Below are positions 1 through 9,342 of a stretch of DNA of 64,000 nucleotides, one piece after another. The notes beneath the pieces are model-generated. The model saw only the letters and a program-made list of their open reading frames with translations. It was not told the DNA's origin and ran no database searches. A program made the position numbers and the translations under genes. How positions within the stretch are numbered: position 1 is the first letter of the stretch; each line of letters starts with the position of its first letter. The DNA is taken from positions 3,168,001 through 3,232,000 of the forward strand of contig OZ242011.1 in assembly GCA_965204755.1 (NCBI GenBank), in the 5' to 3' direction. Source of the DNA: Candidatus Marinacidobacterium sp. (GTDB lineage: Bacteria; Acidobacteriota; Vicinamibacteria; Marinacidobacterales; Marinacidobacteraceae).

Positions 1-14
1 TCCTTGGAGGTCCC

Positions 15-1202
15 ATGCCCAAGAACATCACCCTCGACTCGCTGACTGAGGCGTGTCTCGACAGTTCTTTCGAGGACGGGATCCGCATCGATTCCGAACT
101 CGAACCCATCGGCGGTCCGGGCGGTCCCGTGAAGCCGGCCATCTACGAAGGCGGCCGGTACCAGCACGACAAGCGCTGGGCGAGCCCGGCGGACACCGAG
201 CCCACGCCCGTCATCGTGGTCGACAATGTGCCCGCGCAGGCCAACCGCCTCGAGGATGCGTTGAGAAGGAGTCGGGTCGAGACCGGGCTCCCCGAGTTCC
301 ATCTCGATCTGAGCGAACTCGGACAACTGCCGGCGCATCTGCCCCGGCAGTTGTCCAGCCTGCAGTTCCCGCATCGGAATGCGGACGCGTATCTCCGCGA
401 CTCCCTGTTGGACGGTCAGGACTTCCTCAAGACCGGAGTGGGGCGATCCATCTTCGAAGCCACTCCGCAAACGGCAGGGCCGCTCGTGGCGTGGTTCCCC
501 CAAGCGCTCCTCTACGGCTTCTGGCAGTCCCATCTCGGAAAGAAGCGCACGAACACCAAGCACGCGCGCGCTTGGGTTTCCGAGATCATCGGATGGAACC
601 CGGCGGCGCCCGACACCCGGCTCTTGGGACTCAAGGGGGACGCGCTGAACCTGAGGAGTGTGGACGGTGTCACCTTCGATCCCGATGACGCCACTGACTG
701 GCGACTGGGGAAAGACAAGACGGTCGCGGGCGTCAAGCACGGGCGGTTGTCGCAGATCGGCCACGGCCAAGCTCTCGACGAGGACGGCACTCCGGCGGCC
801 GTGTCCTTCGCCCGCGTCACCCAGCAGGTGACCGTCTCCTTTGCACAACTCCGACGGGTCGGACTCGGTGGCAGGCACGGGGCCGACGCGGCCGCCCGGG
901 CGCTGCTCGTCGCCCTTGGCCTGCATGCCCACCTCCTGGCGTTCGGGAGGGGATTCGCGCTGCGGTCAGGCGCGGATCTCCGCCCGACGAAGACGGCCGT
1001 GACCTGGCTTGGGGGCGCCGGCGACGAGCGGTGCGCCCCCCTGAGCGCCGAGGGAACGCAGCAACTCTTGGAAGACGCCGTAGGCGCCGCGCGGCAGCAG
1101 GGTGTCGCGCTCGACGGCTGGGGAGAGGCGCCCACTCGACTGACGCCGAAGCCCAACCTCCGAGCGGTGATCAGCGCGACCTGGCCGAGTCGCGAGGACT
1201 GA
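15..1202 (+). CDS. csb1: Type I-G (I-U) CRISPR backbone protein Cas7/Csb1
   Basis: PVKPAIYEG, IVVDNVPAQANRLE, FPHRNADAYLRDS, PQALLYGFWQS, RAWVSEIIG, LRSGADL motifs typical of Csb1; SD GGAGG at 6-10; first gene of the cas cluster. Confidence 0.9.
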   Translation: MPKNITLDSLTEACLDSSFEDGIRIDSELEPIGGPGGPVKPAIYEGGRYQHDKRWASPADTEPTPVIVVDNVPAQANRLEDALRRSRVETGLPEFHLDLSELGQLPAHLPRQLSSLQFPHRNADAYLRDSLLDGQDFLKTGVGRSIFEATPQTAGPLVAWFPQALLYGFWQSHLGKKRTNTKHARAWVSEIIGWNPAAPDTRLLGLKGDALNLRSVDGVTFDPDDATDWRLGKDKTVAGVKHGRLSQIGHGQALDEDGTPAAVSFARVTQQVTVSFAQLRRVGLGGRHGADAAARALLVALGLHAHLLAFGRGFALRSGADLRPTKTAVTWLGGAGDERCAPLSAEGTQQLLEDAVGAARQQGVALDGWGEAPTRLTPKPNLRAVISATWPSRED

Positions 1203-2626
1203 TGTTCGCCATCTCCGTCGAACTACTCCACGGAACATTCCGCGGCGACCCGGACGGCACGGCGAACACCGGCAATCTCGCCGCCGCGGAGTGGCCCCCG
1301 GCGCCCTCTCGCCTGTACTCAGCCTTCGTCGCTGCGGACGGAACGGGTGAGCGCTGCCGGCTGACCAACGGCGTGGAACTGGAGTGGTTAGAAGCCCTTT
1401 CGCCCCCGGTCATCCATGTCGACCCCGACCCGCCCCAGACCGAACTGCAGCCGCGCTATGTCGTTGAACACAAGGGAAGCGCGGTGAAGCACACCCATCA
1501 GGAATATGTCGGGCGGAGCGGGAAAATGGTCCGCGCCGGCCTGCGGGTCGCGCCACGCAACCCGTGGGTCGGCTACTCGTGGGAGAGCGAGGCGCCCGGC
1601 GAACGGACGCTGCGCGCCCTCCGGCTCCGCGCCGCCAGAATCGGCTATTTGGGGGCGTCCGACTCGCCGGTGCGCGTTCGAGTGCTCGATCACCGCCTTC
1701 CCCCGAACTTCCCCGAAACCACTCTCGCCCCCGATCCCGATGGCGATCGGTGGATCAATGTGCCGAAGCGCGGAGACCTCCGCATCCTGGATCGGATGTT
1801 CGACGCATGGACCGAGCACGGCGCCGACATCGCGCGATCTCAGTTCCCGGCCCTACGCCACGAAGTCGCCTACAGCGGCCCGGAATCGTCCGAGGCGGCG
1901 GAGATCGGACAGATGGTCGCCTCACTGCTCCTTCGCCCGGCCCTTCCGGGCCGACGAGTGTCGACGGCCACGGCGCTGTTCAAGGAGGCGGTACTCAGCC
2001 AGCACCAGCGGATCTTCGGAGATCCGCCGCCGATTCTCCACGGTCACGGCTTCACCAAGCAGGGTTACGAGATCGCTCGCTTCCTGGCGCTTCCTGATGC
2101 GGGACACCCGCATTCCCGGGGGCGGATCCATGGTCTCGCGCTGTGGACGCCTCCCGGCACGGAAGAGGCGATGAACCGGCGCATCGGGGAGGCGGCGTAC
2201 TCCATTCGCCGGCTGTACGGATCTGGCGTGGATATCGAGGTGACTCCCCTTCGAAGCGCTCCTCGCCCGCCGTGGGCAGCGGACCACACGCGGTGGCTGG
2301 GCCCGTCGCGATCGTGGGTCACGGTCTTTCCGGCAGTCCATGAGCGCCGGCGGCGACTGGACCTCGAAGAAGTCTCCCGGTGGTGCCGACACGCGGGACT
2401 TCCTGCCCCTGTCGGGTTCCGCAGTTCCCGCAGGCCGCTCGTCCCCGGAGCGGTGGACCTGGCGCCGGTCGAGGTGAATCGACCCGGCCAGCCGGGTATC
2501 CCCTACTGCCATGTGGAACTCCACTTCAATGAACCGGTGGTCGGGCCGGTCGTCATCGGAAGCGGCCGCCAACGCGGACTCGGACTCTGTGCACCGGCGC
2601 GGAAGGAGGGCGGGTCACCCGAATGA
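1202..2626 (+). CDS. csb2: Type I-G Cas5/Cas6 fusion Csb2
   Basis: ATG overlaps csb1 stop (TGATG); EWPPAPSRLYSAFVA, IGYLGASDS, and C-terminal Gly-rich loop GPVVIGSGRQRGLGLC. Confidence 0.9.
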   Translation: MFAISVELLHGTFRGDPDGTANTGNLAAAEWPPAPSRLYSAFVAADGTGERCRLTNGVELEWLEALSPPVIHVDPDPPQTELQPRYVVEHKGSAVKHTHQEYVGRSGKMVRAGLRVAPRNPWVGYSWESEAPGERTLRALRLRAARIGYLGASDSPVRVRVLDHRLPPNFPETTLAPDPDGDRWINVPKRGDLRILDRMFDAWTEHGADIARSQFPALRHEVAYSGPESSEAAEIGQMVASLLLRPALPGRRVSTATALFKEAVLSQHQRIFGDPPPILHGHGFTKQGYEIARFLALPDAGHPHSRGRIHGLALWTPPGTEEAMNRRIGEAAYSIRRLYGSGVDIEVTPLRSAPRPPWAADHTRWLGPSRSWVTVFPAVHERRRRLDLEEVSRWCRHAGLPAPVGFRSSRRPLVPGAVDLAPVEVNRPGQPGIPYCHVELHFNEPVVGPVVIGSGRQRGLGLCAPARKEGGSPE

Positions 2627-5409
2627 CGGACGAGCCGAAGGCCCCCTCCGGCGCGTCCGCGCCGGACTTTGCCGCGTTCTATCGAGCCCTCAACGGGCGC
2701 GATCCGTTCCCGTGGCAGGAACGCTTGGCTCACCAGGTCGAGGAGAACGAGGCATGGCCGGGCGAGATCGGTGTGCCGACCGGACTCGGCAAGACTTCGT
2801 GTCTCGATATCGCGGTCTGGTGGTTGGCCTCTCAGGCGCACCGGCGGCCCGCTGATCGAACGGCACCGACTCGGATCTGGTGGGTCGTTAATCGGCGCCT
2901 GCTCGTTGACTCTACCGCCGAGCACGCCGAGCGAATGAGGCAGGCGCTATCCGAGCCCGAAGGCGTGAGCGGCCTCTCCTCGGGCGAAGTTGCCGCGGTC
3001 GCGAGTGTGGCTGACCGGCTTCGGTCCCTGTCGTCGTCGGCCGCCGTCGACCCTCTCGAAGTGATCCGATTCCGGGGCGGCGTGGAGACGCGTACGCCGT
3101 CCGATCCCTCCCGGCCGGCAGTCGTCCTGAGCACTCTTCCGATGTTCGGATCCCGTTTGCTGTTTCGCGGTTACGGGTCGAGCACTTCGATGCGGCCGAT
3201 CGATGCCGCGATGGCCGGAACGGACAGTCTCGTACTTCTCGACGAGGCCCATCTCGCTCCCCACCTCCGGAGCCTGCTGACCGCGTGTTCCGAGTGCACC
3301 CCAGGCGCGCAACCGATCCTCGGCGTCCGCTCTCGCCCTCAGGTCACGGCGTTGACGGCCACCGGAGATGCCAGCGCCGCGTCTCGTTTCGATCTCGACG
3401 AACGGGACTACGCGCACCCAGTCGTCCGACAGCGAGTAGGGGCAGCCAAGCCGATTGAAGTACGAAGCATGAAGTCCGGAGGAGTCGGCCCGAAACTCGC
3501 GGAGGCGACGAAGGAACTGTTGGACAAGGCGGCGGCGCCTGCCACGGCCCTCGTCTTCGCCAACACACCGTCCACGGCCCGGGAGGCTCACCGGCAGTTG
3601 CGCGAACTGCTGGACAAGAAGGAGGCCAGAGTGTTGCTTCTGACTGGACGTTCGCGCGAACGCGAGTCGGCGCGGATCCGATCGCGGATCTCGCGTGGGA
3701 TGGCGGCGAGACGGGACGCGGGGACAGTGCGTAATCGCCATCTCGTCGTAGTGGCGACGCAGACACTCGAGGTGGGTGCCGACATCGACGCGGAGTACTT
3801 GGTCACGGAAGCGTGTGGCGTGCGCGCCCTCACGCAGCGGCTCGGCCGGCTGAATCGTTTGGGGCGCTTTTCCGATGCTCGAGGCGTCTATGTCCACACG
3901 CCGCCCAGGACGAAGGAAGCGACTTGGCCGATCTATGGTTCCGAACCGCAGACTGTCTTCGACAGCCTGCAGGCCGCGGCCAGCGACGGAACGGTGGACC
4001 TGTCCCCGGTGCGAATCACCGAAGTGCTGGGGCGCCCGGGGGACAAGCCCGGGCGGGCACCGGAACTGCTGTTCGGCATCCTGTGGGAATGGATCAAGAC
4101 GACGACGCCGCCCCCGGGCGAGGCGCCCGTCGAACCCTTCTTTTCCGGTGTACGTGGCAGAGACTTCTCAATCTCCGTTATCTGGAGAGCGTATCTGCCA
4201 AACGCGAAGGAATCGGAGTCGGGTATGCTTCTGTGGCCTCGCGCCACTGACCGGGAGGCGGTGGATGTCCCGAAGTCGGATCTCTGCAAGTTCTTGGGTC
4301 GAGACCAGGTTCTCCGGCTCGCTCACGATGGACTCGCGGTGGAGACCATATCTGCCGATCGGCTGCGGCCCGGGGACACCGTCATCTTGGCGGCCGACCG
4401 AGGCGGCCTCGACAAATTCGGATGGAACCCGGCGGAATCGACGACGGTCATGGACGTATCCCTCTCCGATCGCGGACTTCCGTTGGACTCCGAAGCCATC
4501 CAGCGCCTTTGCGGAGTGGGCACTGTGAGAGGTCTCATCGAAACTGCGCTCGGTATCCGGGAAGGCGACAAGGAAGTATCAGAAACAGACCGTCGAGGTG
4601 CCGTCGTAGAGATTCTCGACAAAGTCCGTAAGGTTACGAAGCCGGAGGGCTGGCGCCGGCGGGAGTGGAAGAATTTCAAGAACTCGCTCGCCGGCCTACG
4701 GGTTCCGCTAGGGCGGGTAGTCGCCCACATTCCGTGTCGAATGACCATTCCGGAGCGGCCCAGCGACGAACTCGACGAAAGGTCCCTTACGGACGAGGTC
4801 GTGGACTTGGAGAGTCATGGCCGTGCGGTCGGGGAGCGCGCGCGAGCGATCGCGGCCAGCCTCGGTCTCGACGCTGACCTGACGGAGACGGTGGAGGCGG
4901 CAGGACGCCTTCACGACATCGGAAAGGCGGACAGGCGGTTCCAGCGTTGGCTCGACCCAGACGGCGATCATCCGGAAGACTTGGTGTTGGCCAAGTCCCG
5001 CATGCAACGGCACCGATGGGATGCCGCGCGCGCCGCCGCCAGGTGGCCGCGTGGCGGACGGCACGAAGCTCTGTCCGCCCGACTGGTTCGACAGTGGCTC
5101 CATCGGCAGCCGGAATGGGGCGACCGTCGGAGGCGCGATCTCCTACTGCACCTCGTGGTCAGCCATCATGGCAAGGGTCGCCCTCTAGTGCCTCCCGTCA
5201 AGGACGACGCGGCTTCTGTTGTCTCTTGGATCGTTGAGGGCCTTGCTGTTGAGACTCCCGCGGACTTGTCCATAGTGGACTGGAGCCAACCGCGTCGCTT
5301 CCGGAGTCTGAACGGGCAGTTCGGACCGTGGGGTCTGGCGCTTCTGGAGGCGATCGTCCGGTTGGCGGACCACGCCGTTTCGTATCGCTCCCTCAAGGAG
5401 GAGGATTGA
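2623..5409 (+). CDS. cas3: Type I-G Cas3 helicase with C-terminal HD nuclease
   Basis: PFPWQ, PTGLGKT, VVNRRLLVD, DEAH, VATQTLEVGADID, QRLGRLNR; HD domain (LHDIGKAD, RHEALS, SHHG) at the C-terminus as in I-G. Confidence 0.95.
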   Translation: MTDEPKAPSGASAPDFAAFYRALNGRDPFPWQERLAHQVEENEAWPGEIGVPTGLGKTSCLDIAVWWLASQAHRRPADRTAPTRIWWVVNRRLLVDSTAEHAERMRQALSEPEGVSGLSSGEVAAVASVADRLRSLSSSAAVDPLEVIRFRGGVETRTPSDPSRPAVVLSTLPMFGSRLLFRGYGSSTSMRPIDAAMAGTDSLVLLDEAHLAPHLRSLLTACSECTPGAQPILGVRSRPQVTALTATGDASAASRFDLDERDYAHPVVRQRVGAAKPIEVRSMKSGGVGPKLAEATKELLDKAAAPATALVFANTPSTAREAHRQLRELLDKKEARVLLLTGRSRERESARIRSRISRGMAARRDAGTVRNRHLVVVATQTLEVGADIDAEYLVTEACGVRALTQRLGRLNRLGRFSDARGVYVHTPPRTKEATWPIYGSEPQTVFDSLQAAASDGTVDLSPVRITEVLGRPGDKPGRAPELLFGILWEWIKTTTPPPGEAPVEPFFSGVRGRDFSISVIWRAYLPNAKESESGMLLWPRATDREAVDVPKSDLCKFLGRDQVLRLAHDGLAVETISADRLRPGDTVILAADRGGLDKFGWNPAESTTVMDVSLSDRGLPLDSEAIQRLCGVGTVRGLIETALGIREGDKEVSETDRRGAVVEILDKVRKVTKPEGWRRREWKNFKNSLAGLRVPLGRVVAHIPCRMTIPERPSDELDERSLTDEVVDLESHGRAVGERARAIAASLGLDADLTETVEAAGRLHDIGKADRRFQRWLDPDGDHPEDLVLAKSRMQRHRWDAARAAARWPRGGRHEALSARLVRQWLHRQPEWGDRRRRDLLLHLVVSHHGKGRPLVPPVKDDAASVVSWIVEGLAVETPADLSIVDWSQPRRFRSLNGQFGPWGLALLEAIVRLADHAVSYRSLKEED

Positions 5410-6317
5410 TGCCTTCGATTGCCTGTCCGGGTCTTCCCGGTGAATGGATCAATGGATGGCTGGCCGCCGTCGGTGCGACCGTGTTGGATTCGCGGCTCCG
5501 ACTGTGCTGGACCGATGAGGTCACTCCCGTGGCGGTTCTGGCATCCGAGGACGATCCGGTCAGGATCGTCTCCGAGGCGTGGCCGCGGTTCGAAGCCGTG
5601 GAAGACCTGCCGCTCGCCCATGAGTGGCGTGGCGAACCCGTGCTAGGGCGCCAACGGGGATCCGGGCGCAGGGTTCCGGTGGAGGCTTTCGCCTCGCGAG
5701 CACGGGTGGCGCGAGGTCACCCGCAATCGTGGTCACTGTCCTCGAGCCTGACGGATCTCCATGTGGACGAGAATGGAGACGTGAAGCACGCCCATTTCGA
5801 CCCAACGGCGCCGGCAGGCACTTGGCTTCATCGCCGGCTTCTGAGAGTCCATCGTAGGGTCACTCCCTCCATCGAAGTCCTCACGGATGCCCTCTTGGGG
5901 CTGGCCGTTCGCATAGAGGATAACGGGCTCGGTTTCGATCACCGGCGCCTCGGCTCCCAGTCGGACAATTCGAGAAGGCGTGTCGATCCGGTCGTGGAGT
6001 CGCTGGCCTTTTTCGGGCTGGCTCTTCTTCCGGTTCGCGGGCGCGGAACCGATGGCCGTATCGGTGGTCGAGAAGCGCTTGCCCTCCAGCGGGGATGGCG
6101 TAGCGCCGAATTTGGTAATGACCAAGAGCAATCCTTTCAGTGGCCCGCGTGGTCCCAGCGTCTCGATCGTCACGGGATAGATGCGCTTCTCGACATCTGG
6201 CGACCCGACAAGAAGCACCTCTGGAATAGAGTTGGCGTTCATGCCGCGTGGGAGACAGTGCAGTACCAATCGCGCGGCCGGGAGCGGACTCGAGCCTTCG
6301 GATCGCACCGACTGTGA
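5409..6317 (+). CDS. csb3: Type I-G large-subunit-like protein (Csb3/Cas8g, short ~302 aa form)
   Basis: TGATG-coupled to cas3; N-terminal NGWLAAVG..RLCW, VESLAFFGLALLPV and FQWPAW resemble Csb3/Cas8u; position in operon. Confidence 0.7.
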   Translation: MPSIACPGLPGEWINGWLAAVGATVLDSRLRLCWTDEVTPVAVLASEDDPVRIVSEAWPRFEAVEDLPLAHEWRGEPVLGRQRGSGRRVPVEAFASRARVARGHPQSWSLSSSLTDLHVDENGDVKHAHFDPTAPAGTWLHRRLLRVHRRVTPSIEVLTDALLGLAVRIEDNGLGFDHRRLGSQSDNSRRRVDPVVESLAFFGLALLPVRGRGTDGRIGGREALALQRGWRSAEFGNDQEQSFQWPAWSQRLDRHGIDALLDIWRPDKKHLWNRVGVHAAWETVQYQSRGRERTRAFGSHRL

Positions 6318-6935
6318 TTCCGGAGCCCATCGTACGGATATCGGCGATCGAGCACTTCGTCTACTGCCAGCGGCAGTGCGCCCTCATCCACGGCGACGGC
6401 GTGTGGAGCGACAATCAACGTACGGTTCAGGGTCAACGAGCCCATCGCCGGGTGGACAGCGGGCGCCATCGCCAGGAGCGAGGTCGGCAGGTCCTGCGTG
6501 CTATCCCGGCTGTGGTCGGAGGCGCTCGGCCTGACGGGTCGAGCTGATGTGATCGAGATCGAGAATGATGGCGCTGTTCGTCCGGTGGAGTACAAGTCCG
6601 GCGTCCGGCACGGGTCGGCGGCCGATCTGCAGTTGTGCGCCCAAGCCCTCTGTCTCGAAGAGATGCTCGAAGTCGAGATCCCGTTCGGGTTCGTCTGGTA
6701 CGGAGGCCCTCGTCGCCGGGAGCGGGTCGCGTTTACTCCAGGCCTGCGGGGGGAAGTGTGCGGAGCGATCCGAGCCATTCGAGAACAATTGATTGCGGGC
6801 GCGCTCCCCGAGGCGCCGAACGACCGCCGATGCACCGAGTGTCAGTTGCGTCATCACTGTCTTCCCGAGGTGACGAGCGCCCCCGATCGGGTAACCCGCT
6901 ACCTGAGAGGAGTTGTCTTCGCGTGCGATACCTGA
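6314..6935 (+). pseudogene. cas4: Cas4 interrupted by a +1 frameshift at ~6509 (pseudogene or sequencing error)
   Basis: GTG 6314 frame gives ISAIEHFVYCQRQCALIH...RAIP; after GCT ATC CCG G CTG TGG the next frame gives LWSEALGLTGRADVIE..PVEYKSG..QLCAQALCLEEM..CTECQLRHHC. Confidence 0.88.
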
Positions 6936-7939
6936 GCACCGTCTATATGCGCGAGCACCGGGCGAAGGTGCGCCATCGGCGAGGTTCGCTGGTCGTCTCG
7001 ACGCCCGACGGCAACCACAGGATCCCTCTTGAGGGAGTCGATGCCGTTGTCCTGCTCGGCGGCGGACAACTGACCACCCAGGCCCTCGATGCGTGCGTTC
7101 GCAGCGGCGTGCGGGTGTCCGCACTCCGGCTCGGCGGCTCGGTACGGTTCATCGTGGGGAGCGCTACAGGAGGGAATGTCCATCTTCGCGCGGCCCACTA
7201 TGGTGCGATGGCGGACGAAGAGCAGTTCCTCGCACTCTCCAAGGCGTTTGTGGCGGCGAAACTGCAGAACAGCCGAAGAGTCGTGTCGCGCTGGGCCAGG
7301 GACGAGAACGACTCGGATCGAGCGGAAGAACTTGCGGAGCGAGGCCGACAGATCGGACAGCGCGTTGCCAGATTGGTAGGGGCGCCGGACGCCGACCATG
7401 TTCGTGGAGTGGAAGGCGACTCTGCGCGGATCTACTTCCGCGCCGTCCGATACGCCCTCTCCAAGAGCCGCTTTCCGTTCACCGGGCGTAACCGGAGACC
7501 GCCTCGAGACCCGGTGAACGCGATGCTGGGCTTCTGCTACGGCTTGCTCGTGACCGAGTTGGTCGGGGCTCTGGAGAGCGTCGGACTGGACTACCAGATG
7601 GGCTTCTTCCACCGCCCCAGATCAGGGCGCCCGTCGCTGGCTCTCGACTTGGTCGAGGAACTTCGCACCGTCACCGATCGCTTCGTCGTGTCTCTGGTGC
7701 GGCGGCGACAGGTTGGCGAGGACAGTTTCACGCGGATGCCGGGAGGCGGCGTCTATCTCAGTGATGAGGGGCGCACCTACCTTCTCGGCGCGTGGGAAAA
7801 GCACAAGGAAGACGAGTTCCATCACGCCGTGTGCGATCGCAGGGTGGCTAGGTGGGCACTGCCGTCCGTCCAGGCGACGCTTCTCGCCCGCCACCTGCGC
7901 GGCGACCTGCCCCGGTATCCCCCGTTCGTTCTTCCATAG
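6923..7939 (+). CDS. cas1: CRISPR-associated endonuclease Cas1 (I-C-like)
   Basis: GTG 6923 after GAGAGGAG; RGVEGDSARIYF, RNRRPPRDPVNAMLGFCY, GFFH, SLALDLVEELR, YPPF end. Confidence 0.95.
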   Translation: MRYLSTVYMREHRAKVRHRRGSLVVSTPDGNHRIPLEGVDAVVLLGGGQLTTQALDACVRSGVRVSALRLGGSVRFIVGSATGGNVHLRAAHYGAMADEEQFLALSKAFVAAKLQNSRRVVSRWARDENDSDRAEELAERGRQIGQRVARLVGAPDADHVRGVEGDSARIYFRAVRYALSKSRFPFTGRNRRPPRDPVNAMLGFCYGLLVTELVGALESVGLDYQMGFFHRPRSGRPSLALDLVEELRTVTDRFVVSLVRRRQVGEDSFTRMPGGGVYLSDEGRTYLLGAWEKHKEDEFHHAVCDRRVARWALPSVQATLLARHLRGDLPRYPPFVLP

Positions 7940-7943
7940 CGCC

Positions 7944-8234
7944 GTGGACATCCTGCTCACCTACGACATCGCCGAAACCGATGGGGCAGGGGCTTTGCGG
8001 CTTCGTCGAGTCGCCAAGGTGTGCGAGAAGTACGGCGAGCGGGTCGAACTGTCGGTCTTCGAGTGCCGCCTGTCGCCGGCGCGCTTCGCCCGCCTGGTCG
8101 GCGAGGTGCGGGATGTGATCGACGAGGATCGGGATTCGGTGATCGTGTACCGGTTTCCGGGAGACCTGGGCGAGGGGAGGCTCCGTCTCGGACGGAGCCG
8201 GGGACGCGAACTGGGCCAACCGTGGGTCATCTGA
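7944..8234 (+). CDS. cas2: CRISPR-associated Cas2 (I-C-like)
   Basis: ILLTYDI..GALRLRRVAKVCEKYGERVELSVFEC..DSVIVY. Confidence 0.93.
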   Translation: MDILLTYDIAETDGAGALRLRRVAKVCEKYGERVELSVFECRLSPARFARLVGEVRDVIDEDRDSVIVYRFPGDLGEGRLRLGRSRGRELGQPWVI

Positions 8235-8417
8235 GCGATCTGCGAACCTCCGGTGATTCGGGCGGCCGGTCGCGCTCGCAACCCGGAAACGGCGTGTGTG
8301 GAGTCGGGAATTGCCATGAATTGAGTAGAATCGGGTCCGTACCGTGGGAGTCATACCGCCGACTCGCGTGATCAAAGCCGTTTTGTGCCCGAAAACGGCC
8401 GTCTCCGCGGATTAGCC
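8235..8417 (+). promoter_or_regulatory. CRISPR leader
   Basis: Non-coding, somewhat AT-richer stretch between cas2 and the first perfect repeat; repeat degeneration is at the far end of the array. Confidence 0.7.
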
Positions 8418-9117
8418 CTCGTAGCCGGGGGTAATCTCCGGCCTTCGTTGAGCGCGAGGCCCTACCCGGCCCCCGGCGCCCAACTGGCCCCCTCGTAGCC
8501 GGGGGTAATCTCCGGCCTTCGTTGAGCGGACCGGGCGAACCGGAAGGTGGTCTGGTTCGATGACCTCGTAGCCGGGGGTAATCTCCGGCCTTCGTTGAGC
8601 GGCCTGGTCCGAGGCCAGAGAGCGCGCTTGGTGCTGCCGCTCGTAGCCGGGGGTAATCTCCGACCTTCGTTGAGCGAATCTCAGCATGGACCACGGGATC
8701 GCGGGGAGGGTGCTCGTAGCCGGGGGTAATCTCCGGCCTTCGTTGAGCGTGCCCCATGTCCGACAGGTGCGGAATCACCTTGCGCTCGTAGCCGGGGGTA
8801 ATCTCCGGCCTTCGTTGAGCGGCGATGTACGCGATTTGGTTGGTCTTCACCGTGCCGCTTCGTAGCCGGGGGTAATCTCCGGCCTTCGTTTGAGCGCAAT
8901 CTACGCCACCCGTGCGAGCGGCGTCTGCTATCTCCGTAGCCGGAGTTAGCCTTCCGGCTTCGTTGAGCGGGTCCATCCGCCCGCCCTCGGGGAAAACCAC
9001 GCCACTCGTCGCCGGACGGCCCCTTCTGGCCTTCGTTGAGCGAGGAGCGTTACCGGCGTCAAATCCCTAAACTGGGGCCAGTCGCCGGGGGCGGAAGTCC
9101 CGGGCCTTCAGGTGCCG
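8418..9117 (+). CRISPR. CRISPR array, 37-bp repeat CTCGTAGCCGGGGGTAATCTCCGGCCTTCGTTGAGCG; 7 near-perfect plus 2-3 degenerate repeats; spacers ~35-38 bp
   Basis: Repeats start at 8418, 8492, 8565, 8640 (1 SNP), 8713, 8785, 8858 (two extra T); degenerate copies at 8932, 9005 and ~9078; internal GCCGG/CCGGC hairpin. Confidence 0.97.
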
Positions 9118-9150
9118 ACAGGGGAGGATCGTTTCGCCGCGGATCCCGCC

Positions 9151-9196
9151 GTTGAAGGACTCCCCCGTTGAAGGACTCCCCCGTTGAAGGACTCCC
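9151..9196. repeat. 16-bp tandem repeat GTTGAAGGACTCCCCC x3
   Basis: Copies at 9151, 9167 and 9183 (last one 14 nt). Confidence 0.9.
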
Positions 9197-9342
9197 TCGG
9201 GCCGATCCGGCGATCAAAATGCTTTCTTGACCAAGAGACTTGGGTTGCCGACTCCTGCGTTGGCGGTAGATCGGACCGGCCCTCTCGGCCGCATGTGCCC
9301 GGCTCTCCCGAACAGGTGCCGTGTGGTTTCATTCGGGGCATC

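Noticed and set aside
8455-9077. Self-targeting spacers
   Set aside because: No convincing match seen in the window; the 11-nt CCCTCGGGGAA overlap of spacer 8 with ~57126-57136 (minus) is at chance level; a proper search is needed
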